A stretch of 64,000 nt of DNA from Ostrea edulis (taxonomy: Eukaryota), in the NCBI RefSeq assembly GCF_947568905.1, contig NC_079168.1, positions 30,814,001 through 30,878,000 on the forward strand, read 5' to 3'. The position numbers and the translations under genes are program-made. Shown here in pieces: positions 13,982 to 26,382 of the stretch. Within the stretch, counting starts at the first letter, position 1. The number at the start of each line of letters is the position of its first letter. The notes beneath the pieces were generated by a model. That model searched no databases, was not told the DNA's origin, and worked only from the letters and a program-made list of their open reading frames with translations.

Positions 13982-14289
13982 TAATGACCCTTACATAGAA
14001 AAATAATGCATTGCATCAGCGAGTAATCAATTAAGCAAGTACAAACAGGCACATAGTAATGGGAATATCATCGTGGTCATCCAACTCAACTTAATACAAA
14101 GTAAATTATCCTAATGCCTGCATTCAGTGGATATACAACGTAAATTATCCTAATGCCTGCATTCAGTGGACTGATTTGCTTATTTACAGCTAGTCTGCTT
14201 GGTTGTCTATGTTTCTGCTGAAAAAAAATCACATTAAATTTACTCATCATGAAGAAAATGTAGACTTTCTTGTTGGTAGTCATTTAAAA

Positions 14290-14865
14290 CCTCAATAACA
14301 GATATCTCAGCAACAAATGACCTCAATAACAGACATCTCAGCAACAAATGACCTCAATAACAGACATCTCAGCAACAAATGACCTCAATAACAGACATCT
14401 CAGCAACAAATGACCTCAATAACAGACATCTCAGCAACAAATGACCTCAATAACAGACATCTCAGCAACAAATAACCTCAATAACAGACATCTCAGCAAC
14501 AAATGACCTCAATAACAGACATCTCAGCAACAAATGACCTCAATAACAGATATCACAGCAACAAATGACCTCAATAACAGATATCTCAACAACAAATGAC
14601 CTCTATAACATATATCTCAGCAACAAATGACCTCAATAACAGATATCTCAACAACAAATGACCTCAATAACAGATATCTTAGCAACAAATGACCTCAATA
14701 ACAGGTATCTCAGCAACAAATGACCTCAATAATAGATATCTTAACAACAAATTACCTCAATAATAGATATCTCAACAACAAATGACCTCAATAATAGATA
14801 TCTCAACAACAAAAGACCCCAATAATAGATATCTCAACAACAAATTACCTCTATAACATATCTCA
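14290..14865. repeat. 31-bp minisatellite (ACCTCAATAACAGACATCTCAGCAACAAATG)n
   Basis: About 18 direct tandem units. Confidence 0.95.
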
Positions 14866-15349
14866 GCTTGATTTTACTTTGATGTCACAGTGATAGTTTG
14901 ATTGATGCCTACAATACATTAGTCAGAATATCTCGACCTAGTCAATTATCTTACCGAGATAATGTGGACGGCATTCCAAAATCTACAGTAGATGATCAAG
15001 TGTGCATTTGCCATTTCATATATTTTCTTTTTACTATATATATAATGCATGCAAACATGCATGCATTATCATTTTATTGAAAACTAAATTATCTAAAATT
15101 TAAGATCAAGTTTCCTCGACATGTCAGATTATCACAATCAGTTTACTTTTATTTTCAAGTCAACCTTTGATTTATTTCAATGTACCAAGCTCTGGTCAAC
15201 TCAGTGTGCCTGGTCATCACCATACAAATGATGGATCATGCTATACTAGCTGACTAATACAGACATGTCAATTAATTCAATTATCTGAAAACTTACAGCT
15301 TCAAAATTGAATAGTCAATATTACAACTTCTGTAAATACATTTATGTGC

Positions 15350-15497
15350 CACAGGCTCTCGACGTTTTAATTATATATATATAGATCTATAGGCCTATAA
15401 TTTAAAAAAATGTCTTCCTGTAAATAAACTATATATACATATAGGATAAGACATTTTTTTCCTCATGTGTATTTGATTAAAACGTCGAGAGCCTGTG
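15350..15497. mobile_element. Small MITE with perfect 22-bp TIRs
   Basis: cacaggctctcgacgttttaat (15350-15371) and its exact reverse complement (15476-15497). Confidence 0.65.
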
Positions 15498-16309
15498 ATA
15501 TCTGCCTGTTATATATGATATGACTACGGAAGAAGAAAATTCGGACTAACACTAAGTTATTGTTAGTTCGAATTTTCTGTTTCCGCTGTCAAACTTAGTA
15601 ACGTTAGTTTTGTAAATAAAAACGTATGCGCAAATATCCCAACTAAAGCGTACGACTAAACCATGGATGTTTTTCATCTAAAACAATTTTTTTATAAAAA
15701 GAATCAAGTCCAAAAACAAGATTATGAACATATTACAATACCAAGCAACCGGCTAGATCTACGAAATCCGTCCCTGCTCGAATCTACTTTCACTTTCAAG
15801 TAAAATAGAGTTACCCTCCTTTCACTGCGCACTTATCGAAGGGGCGTTTCCAAATAAACAACTGGGGTTGCAGTCGGGTTTCGTTCGCCTGGTTGAGTAT
15901 AGATTCGTTTCCTTATTATTGTAATCTTTTCTTTGGGTTAATCAGGGGTATGTAATTAAAAATATTAGTCATGGGGCTAGTGGTAGTAACAAAGTTACTA
16001 GGGCATAGCCCAGATCGTCGGTTAGCGCGTATAGCGCCGTGAACTATACTGACAGTAATATATTACAAAAGCCAGTGGCGTAGCTAGGTTTGAAACATTT
16101 GTAAGCATTTGTATTTTCTGAAAATCGGTATAAAATCCAGTGAAATCCTGTGTATTTCTATGTATTCCTGTGTATTAAATCTAAAGAATAACACAAGGTT
16201 TTAAGTTGACATGTTTATTAAAGAACAATGGTACAAGCATAGAACAATGCAAAACAGTTCAATAAGCATAAAAACAGTTCAATAAGCATAACAGTTCAAG
16301 CACAGTCCA

Positions 16310-17098
16310 TTACTTTCTGCTGAGTTTCTTCTTCTTTTTTGACGGTTCTTCAGTAGGTGCGGGCGGATTCCACATCTCTAACGGTTTGTATTCTCTCTTC
16401 ACAGGGGGTTTTGAGCCAGGTACGGGCCCAATCATCGCATCTATCTCCGGTTGTTCTTTTGGACACTCACTAATCCAGTGTCCTATTTTTCCGCATTTGT
16501 AGCAAGGATCCTTTTGTTTGGTTTTCTTGCTGGTCTGTTGAGAATCTGCTGACCTCGATTTCTTACTGGTCTGCGGATAATCTGTTTTCTGTGGGCAATC
16601 CGGCGACCAATGTCCTGTTTCTCCACACGTGTAGCACGGGTTAGCAGTGTAATCTGGAGTGTATTCCTTCCTAGGTTTTTTAGAAGTCAGCTCTTCCATC
16701 TTCTTCAGCAGGACTGTGGTATGATTTCCAATCTCATTACTCAGCACATTAATACGGTTAACGATCCCGTCTAGTGTCGTGGTAATGATCGCAAAGTCTT
16801 CTTTGTTCATGGTCGGAGGCTCATTCTGAGCGTTGTAGAGGCCCAGTTCCAGTCCCGTGACATCTTGTGACTCTGGGATGTCCGGGGAAAAAAATCCCAA
16901 GCCGGGGTCTGTAGGATTCTGGCTAGGTAAAAACTCCTCAGTCTTAGCCTTTTTCAGCTGTTGTGCTATGTAACCCTCTTGTACCTCCTGTCTATCTTCT
17001 TCGCTCAAGAAATCTTGTTGCATTCCCGTCTTTTTCTGTACCATGTTATTCACTTTCTTCTGAGCTCTGTCCACGTATTCTAGCTGTTTCTGAGCCAT
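16310..17098 (-). CDS. Intronless 262-aa protein with two CCHC zinc knuckles (nucleocapsid-like) and a basic C-terminus
   Basis: CYTCGETGHWSPDC and CYKCGKIGHWISEC; upstream TATAAAAG (minus strand, about 17151-17158); downstream AATAAA near 16213. Confidence 0.8.
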   Translation of the reverse strand: MAQKQLEYVDRAQKKVNNMVQKKTGMQQDFLSEEDRQEVQEGYIAQQLKKAKTEEFLPSQNPTDPGLGFFSPDIPESQDVTGLELGLYNAQNEPPTMNKEDFAIITTTLDGIVNRINVLSNEIGNHTTVLLKKMEELTSKKPRKEYTPDYTANPCYTCGETGHWSPDCPQKTDYPQTSKKSRSADSQQTSKKTKQKDPCYKCGKIGHWISECPKEQPEIDAMIGPVPGSKPPVKREYKPLEMWNPPAPTEEPSKKKKKLSRK

Positions 17099-17237
17099 GT
17101 TCTCAGGTCAGGGTCTGAAGTCGATGTGTAGAGTGAGAATGGGGGCTCTGCTTTTATACTCCCTTTTCGCAGAATATTCATAAACCGCGCTTCTAAATCG
17201 AAAACGAGGCTACCGTCGTATCCAAGTATAAACAAGT

Positions 17238-19845
17238 ATGGCGTCGACCTTAGACGGAGGCAAGAACGACAGGCATTGTTGCGTGCCGAACTGTAATGGA
17301 AATGGACGCCGCAACCCAGAGCTCTCTTTTCATCAAATCCCACAAAGATTGGAGCTTCGCAAGGCTTGGATACATGCTATTCGGAGGGATCCTGGTCCAT
17401 TATTCAGAGTATGTTTATGTAACTTTGTTCCAAATAATACGGAGAGATGACCCCCTTATATCATAGAATTAAGTAGGCCTCGAAATAGGTTGGTCCTTGC
17501 ACGTGTGTACGTCAGTGTGTGTTTAATGAAATGACTTCAAACAAGTCTTAACGGGTTATAATCTTTCTAACAGATCTGTGATCAAACAGTTGTTTGCTCA
17601 CGTCATTTTAAGAGGGACGACTTCAAATGGACCCCAGTAAGGAAGACACTCAAGAAAGAAAGTGTTCCTTCCATATTCAACTGGAAATCTGACGAAAAAG
17701 CTGCGCGACGGGAAATTTTTAAGCATCCTGTTCCAGAGAAAATGCCTAGATTTGACACTGATGAGAATAACAACAACCCGGTCTCAAATGAAAATTTAAA
17801 TTTGAATGTGGAGAGGTAATGGCATTTTAAAAATCTCTATAATTTATGTGATAGTCAATCAGAATGAATCAGGTTATATCCATAACATTATATAGGTCTA
17901 TGTGTGTGTCATTTTATTTAACAGAAGGTCTGACTAATTTTACAAGAAGCACATGTAATAATCGAAGCAATGTTTCTTTTTCTACCTTCGAATTACTATT
18001 TCTATAAACAGTTGAAAATACTAGGAGAATCAAGGCAAATATAATTTAGCAATAAGTATGATTTAAGTTTCTTCAGTGCTGCTGCATGTCATTGGGACTT
18101 TCAATGTGAAATTGGTTTTACTTATTGTTCATGAATTATTCTCAGAATGATTAATCAATTGTCAAACTAGTTTTATTCATGCTGGTTTGCAATTGTATTA
18201 AACTATTTTGAATAATTCAACTCACAACAAGATCAACTGCTGCTGGACAGTAGGATGCTGGATCATCAAGATCTTTGTGAGGTATGAAATTTTGTATTAT
18301 TCATTCAGACTTAGAAATTGTATTGAAATATTTTCACTATATTAAATGATGGTCTATAATAATAAAAAATACTGTATGTTTTGCACTTTGTTAAAGTAAC
18401 ATGCTCTATATAACTTTGAAAATCACCTGTGCTTATGTATATTTCTTCTTCTCTTAATTCATAGTATGAATGCTGTTCTTTACACCACCATGTTAATTTT
18501 GAGAAAATGATATTCTTATGTAATGATTTAATATGCATGTAATTTAAAATATCTACCAACTTCGAAAAGGTATAGAGCGTCCTCCTATAAATTTCACATT
18601 CATCAGAGATATGCATAATTTTGTAATATATAAATAAATGAATACATCGAAGTACACAAATACTTATTACTGACACAACAGAGATCCTTTATAAAAGATA
18701 GGGGGGGGGGGTGATCAGTCTGTAACTGGCTATGATGAAATTGTTTGACTAACTTTCCAATTATTTATACAGTATGGATGTGAATTATATATTGCAGCAG
18801 TATGTATGAAGAAGTGCAGCCTGAGACAAATAGGGTGAATGAGTTAGAGGATATGCTGAAGAAGAAGGAAGGGGAAATTCAAAAATTACAGCAACGACTT
18901 GAGATAGAAAGATTTGGCATTCAAAGATTTTCAAATGACAATGCATTAATTTCATTTTATACAGGTTTTGCATCCATGATCATGTTTACAACTTTTTATG
19001 AATTTATCAAACCTGGTGCTAATAGAATGACCAGTTATTATTACAGATCTTCTGACAGAATCAACCAGCACGTACTGGTGGGCAATCCGAGGAACATGTT
19101 GCTCATTGACGAATTGTTCATGTTTTTATGCCGTTTAAAATGTGGTCTTATGGAGCAGGATTTGGCTGTAAGATTTAAATGTCATTTGTCTACTGTAAGT
19201 AGGAAAATTATTACATGGGCAAATCTTTTATACTTTGCTCTTGGTAGCATAGATATCTGGCCAAGTAGAGAGCAAATAAATGAGAACATGCCTAACCAAT
19301 TCAAAAGTATGTATCCCTCTACACGGGTAATCATTGATTGTACAGAGTTAAAGACAGAGAGACCTTCATCTCTTGTTCTCAGTTCCAAGTGTTATTCGTC
19401 ATACAAAAGCTCTCACACATGGAAAGGACTTGTTGGGATTGCTCCACATGGAGCTCTGACCTTTGTATCAAGTTTGTACACAGGAAATATGTCAGATGTA
19501 GAAATTACCAAGCTTTCTGGCCTGATTGATCTCCTGGATAGGGGTGATTCAATAATGGCTGACAAAGGATTTGTTCTGAACAAGGTATTAGAGGGGACAG
19601 GTATTTCAGTTAACACGCCCCCATTCCTCCAAAGTCAAGGTCAATTTTCAAGGCAAGAAGTGGAGCAAACCCAGGTGATAGCAAAACTAAGGATACATAT
19701 TGAGAGGCATATCCGCAGAGTCAAGGAGTACCACCTTTTTGATGGTGTCATTCCCTTAAGTATGGTAGGAACAATAAATCAATTATGGACAGTGGCAAAC
19801 ATGCTAACTTTATTCAAGGGTCCTCTTGTCAAGGAATGGAAGTAA
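17238..19845 (+). CDS. THAP-domain DDE_Tnp_4 transposase (spliced)
   Basis: Exons 17238-17408 (CCVPNC..FHQIP..W) and 17574-17815 (VCSRHF..VPSIF) form the THAP domain; terminal exon about 18796-19845 has the HTH and catalytic IIDCTE, MADKGF, RIHIER motifs. Middle exon near 18230-18280 uncertain. Confidence 0.85.
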
Positions 19846-20493
19846 ATTGAAGATGAAATCAATCAGGAAAATGAGATAAATATATACAATTATCAGAATA
19901 TAAAAATTGTATCAGAATTGTACCAGAAATTAAAGTAACATATTACAAGATCTATAAATTTCATGACATGTAATTCACGACACATATTACCTGTGTGTTG
20001 GTTGTTTTATAATTAATAACAATAACTCTAGTTAATTACACAACCATATTTAGAAGTAACTTTCATTAGGAAAGTTTTTAAGCCCCCCCCCCCTCCCCCT
20101 TGCAACTAATGTTGGAGGAATATTAAATTTGTCCTGTCTATCCAAAAAATTAACCTGGCACATAATTTTAAATGGTAAGTGATAAAGCTCTCAGTCTTCA
20201 TATGTGAGAAAATTTGATTTGTTACCAAAGTTTCTGACCTCATGACCTTGAAGATTGATCTTCTTTTAAGAAAATATCTCCTGAATTATTTAAGGCATGC
20301 TTTCATATTTTGTATATAGATTTCTTATGGCAAGACTTTGCATTTAATAACATGACCGTTGACCTGGTTACTTTGGCATAAACATGTTGAAGCTGAATGG
20401 AAATAATTAGCAAATCTTGAATAGATATAGAAAATGCTACTTTAAGTAATGAAAACATTCCTTCAAATGAAAATGATCTATATCAAATATTGA

Positions 20494-23400
20494 TCAGCCT
20501 TTCAAGTAATGGTCAAAATAAAACATATCAAGCTTGTCTTTCATTTCTTGCCATCTACTTGAGTCAAATGTTATAAGCTCAAGATGAGATTCATCTGAAG
20601 TCCAAACAAACAAGTAACACTACTCTAGTCCTGTTACTGCAAGCTGCATCATAATCTGATGAAAATAGTTATGTGTCCTATTCAGTTTAAACCCATTTTC
20701 ATCCTTGTTGAGGTAAACACATTGTGATAGGGGGTTGACAGGACACTTGATTTCCAGTAAACCATAACATGGAGTAAGGGCAGGGCAATACACCTTTCTG
20801 TCTGGGCTTGCTGCCAACCAAGGTGACCATGGACTGACACATATTCCACAGGGATAAATGTTGACATTGTCATTCATCCTCTGAAAATACAGAAAGTAGT
20901 AGAACATAGTTTTAAAATATTGCTGACTCTTATATATGTTTTATTTATTTGTATGATTTTTTTTTTACATGAAATCTTTCATCAATACATTGGTGCTTTA
21001 TTCAAAACACATATCCAAAGACCTCAAATTATGACAATATTATTTATATTCAAAAGATCTTGTAAATTTTGTGTATTTATTTATAATTTATGTATTTATC
21101 AAATTGATATACATGTATAGACCTATGCATTTAGTTTTCTTTGGGTTAAATGCCTAAGGTATTTACAACTGGACATATAATAAGTGGACTAGTTATTCTA
21201 ACAAATATTTGTGCCTGCATTTATTATCAAATACATGAAAACATATATTGTAAGAGTTCTTACTGCTACAAATGCTTCAGCTGCTGTAGGCTCACATGCT
21301 ATCCCATGTCTCATATTGGCTGTCACCACAGATCTGGAAGTCCTTAGTCGCTCCACCAAGGGGTCATAGTCTATACCAAAAACAGCATTGTTTGAAAATT
21401 TGTTTTTGAAAAGAAGTTGTTCAATGTCTTTAATTTGTAGCTATTGGTCAATTAACTAAACAAGCTAAGCTAAGGCACCACTGAGGGCTACAAATTTAAG
21501 ACATACAAGAAAAATTGAACTTTACATTGTACTATATATACAATTGTTCTCTAGAATAATAATTCATGATCTTGTCTATTTCGTTGAATTAAACATGTTG
21601 TATTTTAAGTGTACATATCAAATTAAAAATGCAGAATCTTATTTGAAATGTAGTAATGTTCATTACATGTATCAAGCCGATACATTTTTCACATAATTAC
21701 CTTTTCTCCTTTTGACAATGGAACCAGCAATAGATGCCGTTATCCTATCAAGCCTAATCCTGTGCCATTTGGGATCCTGGGACTGTAACTGAGTCAGAGA
21801 TTCTATCTCTGAAGCCTCATCAGTAGTGACACTTAATGAGTCAGTTTTCAAGTGTTTTGTTTCAGATAACACAGTAGATATATTGTTAATCATCACATTT
21901 TGAGATGGTAATTTAGGAAAGCCATCAGCATCCAATATATTCAGAATTAAATTACTGTTCATTTTTTGCTGCACTGCAAGTGGACTCCCCTTGGGGAATT
22001 TGCCAAACTTCGTGTCTACAACTTTCTCCTGACGTTCTAAATTTACCACGCTCAAAAGCATACAGGTGTCGTCAACTTCTTCAAGGTTATCACACAATTC
22101 CTGTAAAGGTAGTTCGGACACATTTTCAATAGGGTTGTATAATGTTGTTCGAATTCCTCTAGGTGGCACATATGGGTTCCTCATATCAAAACCTAACACT
22201 CGAACGTTGTCAATGGAGCTCCCTGCTACCTTTTCCCCTCTTGGTACATGCCATGTTTGTGGAAGTGAGGTTTTTGCTACATCTGTTGGAATAACCAGCA
22301 TTCCAGTTGTTTTCATATGAGCAAGAGTATACAAAAGACCTGTAATGTGACCACATGCACCAGAGGTTCCAATTGGACAGGAGCAACTGCTGTCATCTCT
22401 CTCAAATATTGGTCCTGATTTTAGATGTATCTGTAAAGACAAATTTAAAAACATTAAGTAAATTAATGTAAATTTAAATATTTTAAAACAAGTATAGTTG
22501 GATTTAGGTAATAATTTAATAGTCAATTCATTTATTGTACAGTGTTTAACAACAAGTGGTCCATGGGCCACATTGCTCACCTTGGCCCATATTTAAAGAT
22601 TTTCCCTATAAATTTGTATGTAAATCTTTGTTTCCCTATTGTGCCTGCACCCTAACTCTGGGTGCCGTATGTTAACAAACTTGAATCTACACTATGTCAG
22701 GAAGCTTTTATGTAAATGTTAACTTTTCTGGCCCACTGGTTCTTGAGAAGAAGACTTTTAAAGATTTTCCCAATATCCCAACAGGAAAAAATTTGATCCC
22801 CAATTGTGACCCCACCCTACCCCCAGGGGTCATGATTTTAACAAATTTGAATTTCCACTATGTCAGGAAGCTTTCATGTAAATTTCTGCTTTATTCTGGC
22901 TCAGTGGTTCTTGAGAAGACCTTACCCTAGTTTTGCATTTTTGTGATTATCTCCCCTTTGAAGGGGGTATGGCCTTTCATTTGAACAAACTGGAATCTCC
23001 TTCACCCAATGATGATTTGTTTCAAGTTTGGTTGAAATTGGCCCGTTGGTTCCGGAGAAGCAGTCGTTAGTATGAAAATTTTACAGACAGACGACAGACA
23101 ACAGACAATCAGAAAAGCTCATTTAAGCTTTCAGCTCAGGTGAGCTAAAAATGAATTATACAACTTCAATGCAGTGATCAATACATTGGTACAGATGTTG
23201 ATATGAATGGGTTCATCTGGAGGGAGGAACCCCCCACATGCATGTATGGGTGAGTGACCACCCTATCAAGTTGGACTCAATCCCAAATTTCAGAGGGGAA
23301 ACCCGAGTTCTAAGGAAGCATATGCTTTAACCAATAATTTTTGTATACTGGTATTTGTGACTATAACTTACAGGTTAAGTAGTACATATTAGATGGTATC

Positions 23401-24982
23401 TCAAAAATGTAAATAGAATAATTAATCATTATGATACATATGACTGATAAAACATCATAAACAATCAAATTGAATATTACCTCAATTGTGTGTGGAGACT
23501 CATTTTTCTTCTGTGATCGGTAGGATCTAGCTTTAACAACACAGCCATCATCCAATTTATACACTACAATAAGAAATGTTTGATTAAAATTTTATTACAA
23601 GTGTATATATATATATATATATATATAACACATATACTATATTTAACAATTACATTATGACTACATGATAATGATACACATGTATACCTTAAATACACAT
23701 GTTAAGAATTTCTATATTGACATTGGTCTAGAGTTGGCTCATACAATGTAACAATACTTATTGAAAATGCACTGTATAAGAAGGATGATATATGGGGAGT
23801 TGTTGTTCTGAACACAGGGGGTACCAAGGGACAGTGCCTGCATGTGTCATGTCGACTAGTCTTGTACCCTAAGTATTCGAAACAGCTTATCTATAGTATA
23901 CAATTTTAACAATTGAACATTATAACTACATGATACAATATACATATGTATACCATGATATATGCATGTTATGGTTACATGTATGATGTAATGTCTCATG
24001 TGGTTTACATTGTCTAAGCACATGCTACTAGTAATACAGTGTATTATGTATGAACCATGAGAAACCATGTTTGCACATATGCACTGTTTGTAGTTTCTTC
24101 ATGTGATTTCAATATAATGTTATCTGTAGGTGTTGCGGTGAAATCACACATCAAATGCAAAGTTGAAACTTTACGGCACAAGTTAATTGCATGTAATACG
24201 TTAAGTATTAATACCATGTTCAAAATGTCTCATGTTATGAACATTGTTTGTAGCTCATAATACTAAATTACAATGCACTTTTTTTTTCTTCTTCTCATAA
24301 ACATTACATACTGAAATCTGTCAAATGCATTATGATTTAAACATATCTTATTGAGAATATATATGTATTAATAATAGTGATGTATGCCCAGGAGGGCCCT
24401 AATTTGGAATAAATAAATCATATGATATATATATGCAGGGGCTATAAATTGATAAAATGATGCTAGTTTGTCATAAATTAACTCATTGAAACTACTAGAT
24501 TATTTATCATTCAACAAAAATATATGGTTTTTCAGCAGGCTGGGATGCTATAGGCCTAAAACTTTTTTTTCTGAGGGAGGGGAGGGGGGGGGGGGTACTT
24601 GGACATGTATACGATCGATCAGTTTTACCAACAATCATCATATTTAATTCATATAACTAATTATTATGTAAGATCATCTCTTCAGTAGACATCTTTGTTA
24701 CATGCTGATATGGTGTAAGTTACAGCCACAAAACGATTCAAGATCGATCAGTTGATAGTATCTGTCAAACTGATCAGCTGATAGACGATTTGACCTACCT
24801 CTGATATCCGAGATGTATTTCTCGCTGAAATATTTGTATCCCTTGGAAACTTCTTTGCATCCTTCACTCTTGTTTAAAGTTTTTATTGTTTCTTCAACAA
24901 AACCGAAGGTAATGAGGGGGACAATACTGAGATCTCGCGTTGCGCAACCAACCGACTTCGTACATTCCGCTAAATCCGACAT
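20494..24982 (-). pseudogene. SWIM zinc finger plus YqaJ (lambda-type) exonuclease gene of the ISL2EU element, with one nonsense codon
   Basis: Exons 24799-24982, 23481-23563, 21701-22430, 21264-21370, 20494-20880. SWIM CSCPIG..ACGH; YqaJ WHRIR..RITAS, LAASPDR, LLEIKCP, YFHQIMMQL. TAG at 20620-20622 falls where GLEW is expected and the frame continues CYLFVW...YLKG to a stop at 20494. Confidence 0.85.
22551..23151 (+). mobile_element. HINE inserted in an intron of the YqaJ gene
   Basis: AACAAGTGGTCCATGGGCCACATTGCTCACC ... AGCTCAGGTGAGCTAAAAA with 166-bp-type units. Confidence 0.85.
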
Positions 24983-25065
24983 GTTTGTTGTGCGTCGAAA
25001 CCGACGGTAGCCTCGTTTTCGATGCGGTATGCATATTTATGAGCATCTCATTAAGAAAGGAAACC

Positions 25066-25271
25066 GGTTTTTCCCCAGTGGTGGCTCAGTGCCAGCTGGC
25101 ATGGTGCCAATGGGTTTTTCCCAGGGCCTGCTGGCTCAGTGCCAAATGGTTCTCAGTGTCTACTGGCACAGTGCCAATGGGTTTTTCCCCAGTGCTGGCT
25201 CAGTGCCAAATGGTTCTCAGTGTCTACTGACACAGTGCCAATGGGTTTTTCCCAGTGCTGGCACGGTGCCA
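25066..25271. promoter_or_regulatory. Array of NFI-type (TGGC-N5-GCCA) and Rel/kB-type (GGGTTTTTCCC) motifs at the Polinton left end
   Basis: TGGC-N5-GCCA at 25082, 25097, 25132, 25164, 25196, 25259 (near-match at 25228); GGGTTTTTCCC at 25112, 25179, 25243. Confidence 0.6.
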
Positions 25272-25372
25272 GGTAGTGCACTTATTGCACTGATTGGGGC
25301 TTGGGGGGTTTGTGTGTCACTCATATTTGTTTTAAAGTAGCTCTAAAAAGGGCTGTGCATGAAGTTTTTATT

Positions 25373-25876
25373 TTAAAAATGGCCGGCTTCATACGCAGGT
25401 TCTTCTATATACACGTGTAAGTCATGATCTTCGGATATAATGTGCTGTACTAATTGTCGAGCTCTTCTCCCAGGGAAACGTATCTCTTCGACGGTTTCCC
25501 ACATCCAGTCTGCATCCCAAAACAATCCCCATACACTTCTTCGGTGACGTGGTTTCTCCAGTCGAATAAATCCCGATACTTTTTGAGTGCCGTTCAATAA
25601 CGTGTAAAACTGGTAAATCATGTACTGTATGAGGGGGGAATTTTTCAGGTACATGTCACTTAAACGCGACCAAATATCCTCCACTGTTTCATGTGACCGC
25701 AATACATAGTCAAAACACCAATTTTTAGATCGGCCCCAGCGTAATCGATGGCGACATCTCTGTACTAAATTGTCCCAGATCTCCATCTCGTCTACATAAT
25801 CTTCTACTATGGTTAAATTCTCCACTTGTTGTATTCCCTGGCGGCGTCTCGCTCTTAAAACTCTCCGTGTATCCAT
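25373..25876 (-). CDS. Polinton accessory protein resembling a catalytically dead CRESS-virus Rep (HUH) domain
   Basis: SKNWCFDY..(about 25 aa)..YMIYQFYTLLNGTQKVSGFIRLEKPR..V..LF..A.W parallels the Rep pattern WCFT...YLIYQ.E...GT.HLQG(F/Y)..F.KP; the HxQ and YxxK motifs are absent. Confidence 0.5.
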   Translation of the reverse strand: MDTRRVLRARRRQGIQQVENLTIVEDYVDEMEIWDNLVQRCRHRLRWGRSKNWCFDYVLRSHETVEDIWSRLSDMYLKNSPLIQYMIYQFYTLLNGTQKVSGFIRLEKPRHRRSVWGLFWDADWMWETVEEIRFPGRRARQLVQHIISEDHDLHVYIEEPAYEAGHF

Positions 25877-26013
25877 GACTGAAGGTCAGACAAGAATGAC
25901 TGTAGAAACCAGCTGACGTACAGGTGCTTGATCATGTGGTGCAGGTGCTTGATCACGTGATGCATAACCTTTACCTATAAATACAGGTGTTTTCTGAACG
26001 TTCGTTATTCACT

Positions 26014-26346
26014 ATGGGCGGCAGTGCTACTACGAGAATGGATGGATATAGCTATGTACTACAATGTATGAACGTGGCCTTACATGACCCTCTCATTCAA
26101 AATGCTCGTCAATTTGTACAAGAGATGTCACCGGAGGTCAGAAATGTACATAGTTTTCAACGGATTGCTGATTCATTAGCGGAGAATACCAATACGGGAC
26201 GTTTACTCATGATTTATTTGTATGCTGAGGAATTGAAACAGAACCTTCCAGACCAGATGAGTGACATTGATCGGATCTTACGCGATTGTCTACAAAAAGG
26301 ATTCGTGGAACTGATTCGTATGAAAGGAATGGCTGTCCTGTTATAA
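26014..26346 (+). CDS. Bcl-2-like protein 1 (Polinton)
   Basis: SFQRIADSLAENTNTGRLLMIYLYAEEL aligns by eye with BH1 (F..V..ELF.DG.NWGRIV.F...L); LQKGFVELIRMKG sits at BH2 spacing; TATAAATA at about 25974. Confidence 0.7.
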   Translation: MGGSATTRMDGYSYVLQCMNVALHDPLIQNARQFVQEMSPEVRNVHSFQRIADSLAENTNTGRLLMIYLYAEELKQNLPDQMSDIDRILRDCLQKGFVELIRMKGMAVLL

Positions 26347-26382
26347 AACAAGAACGTTTTGGAATTTTTTCATTTGATCATC

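Larger units (their letters stand above)
17160..25057. mobile_element. ISL2EU-type (PIF/Harbinger-related) DNA transposon, two convergent intron-containing genes; ends approximate
   Basis: Perfect 22-bp inverted repeat atcgaaaacgaggctaccgtcg at 17197-17218 and 25002-25023; THAP+DDE_Tnp_4 transposase on plus, SWIM+YqaJ gene on minus. Confidence 0.8.

Noticed and set aside
9514-14865. CRISPR-like arrays (31-37 bp repeats; also the 61-bp array at 56853-58070)
   Set aside because: Repeats are head-to-tail with no unique spacers, there are no cas genes, and the context is eukaryotic introns.
17160-25057. KolobokP or Kolobok assignment for the two-gene transposon
   Set aside because: No long terminal direct repeats or clear TTAA TSD pair; the DDE_Tnp_4 plus SWIM-YqaJ pairing fits ISL2EU.
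15800-25066. Polinton left terminus (AGTAGTATAAG) and 6-bp TSD (TTCAAT)
   Set aside because: Searched by eye and not found; the left boundary is therefore only approximate.
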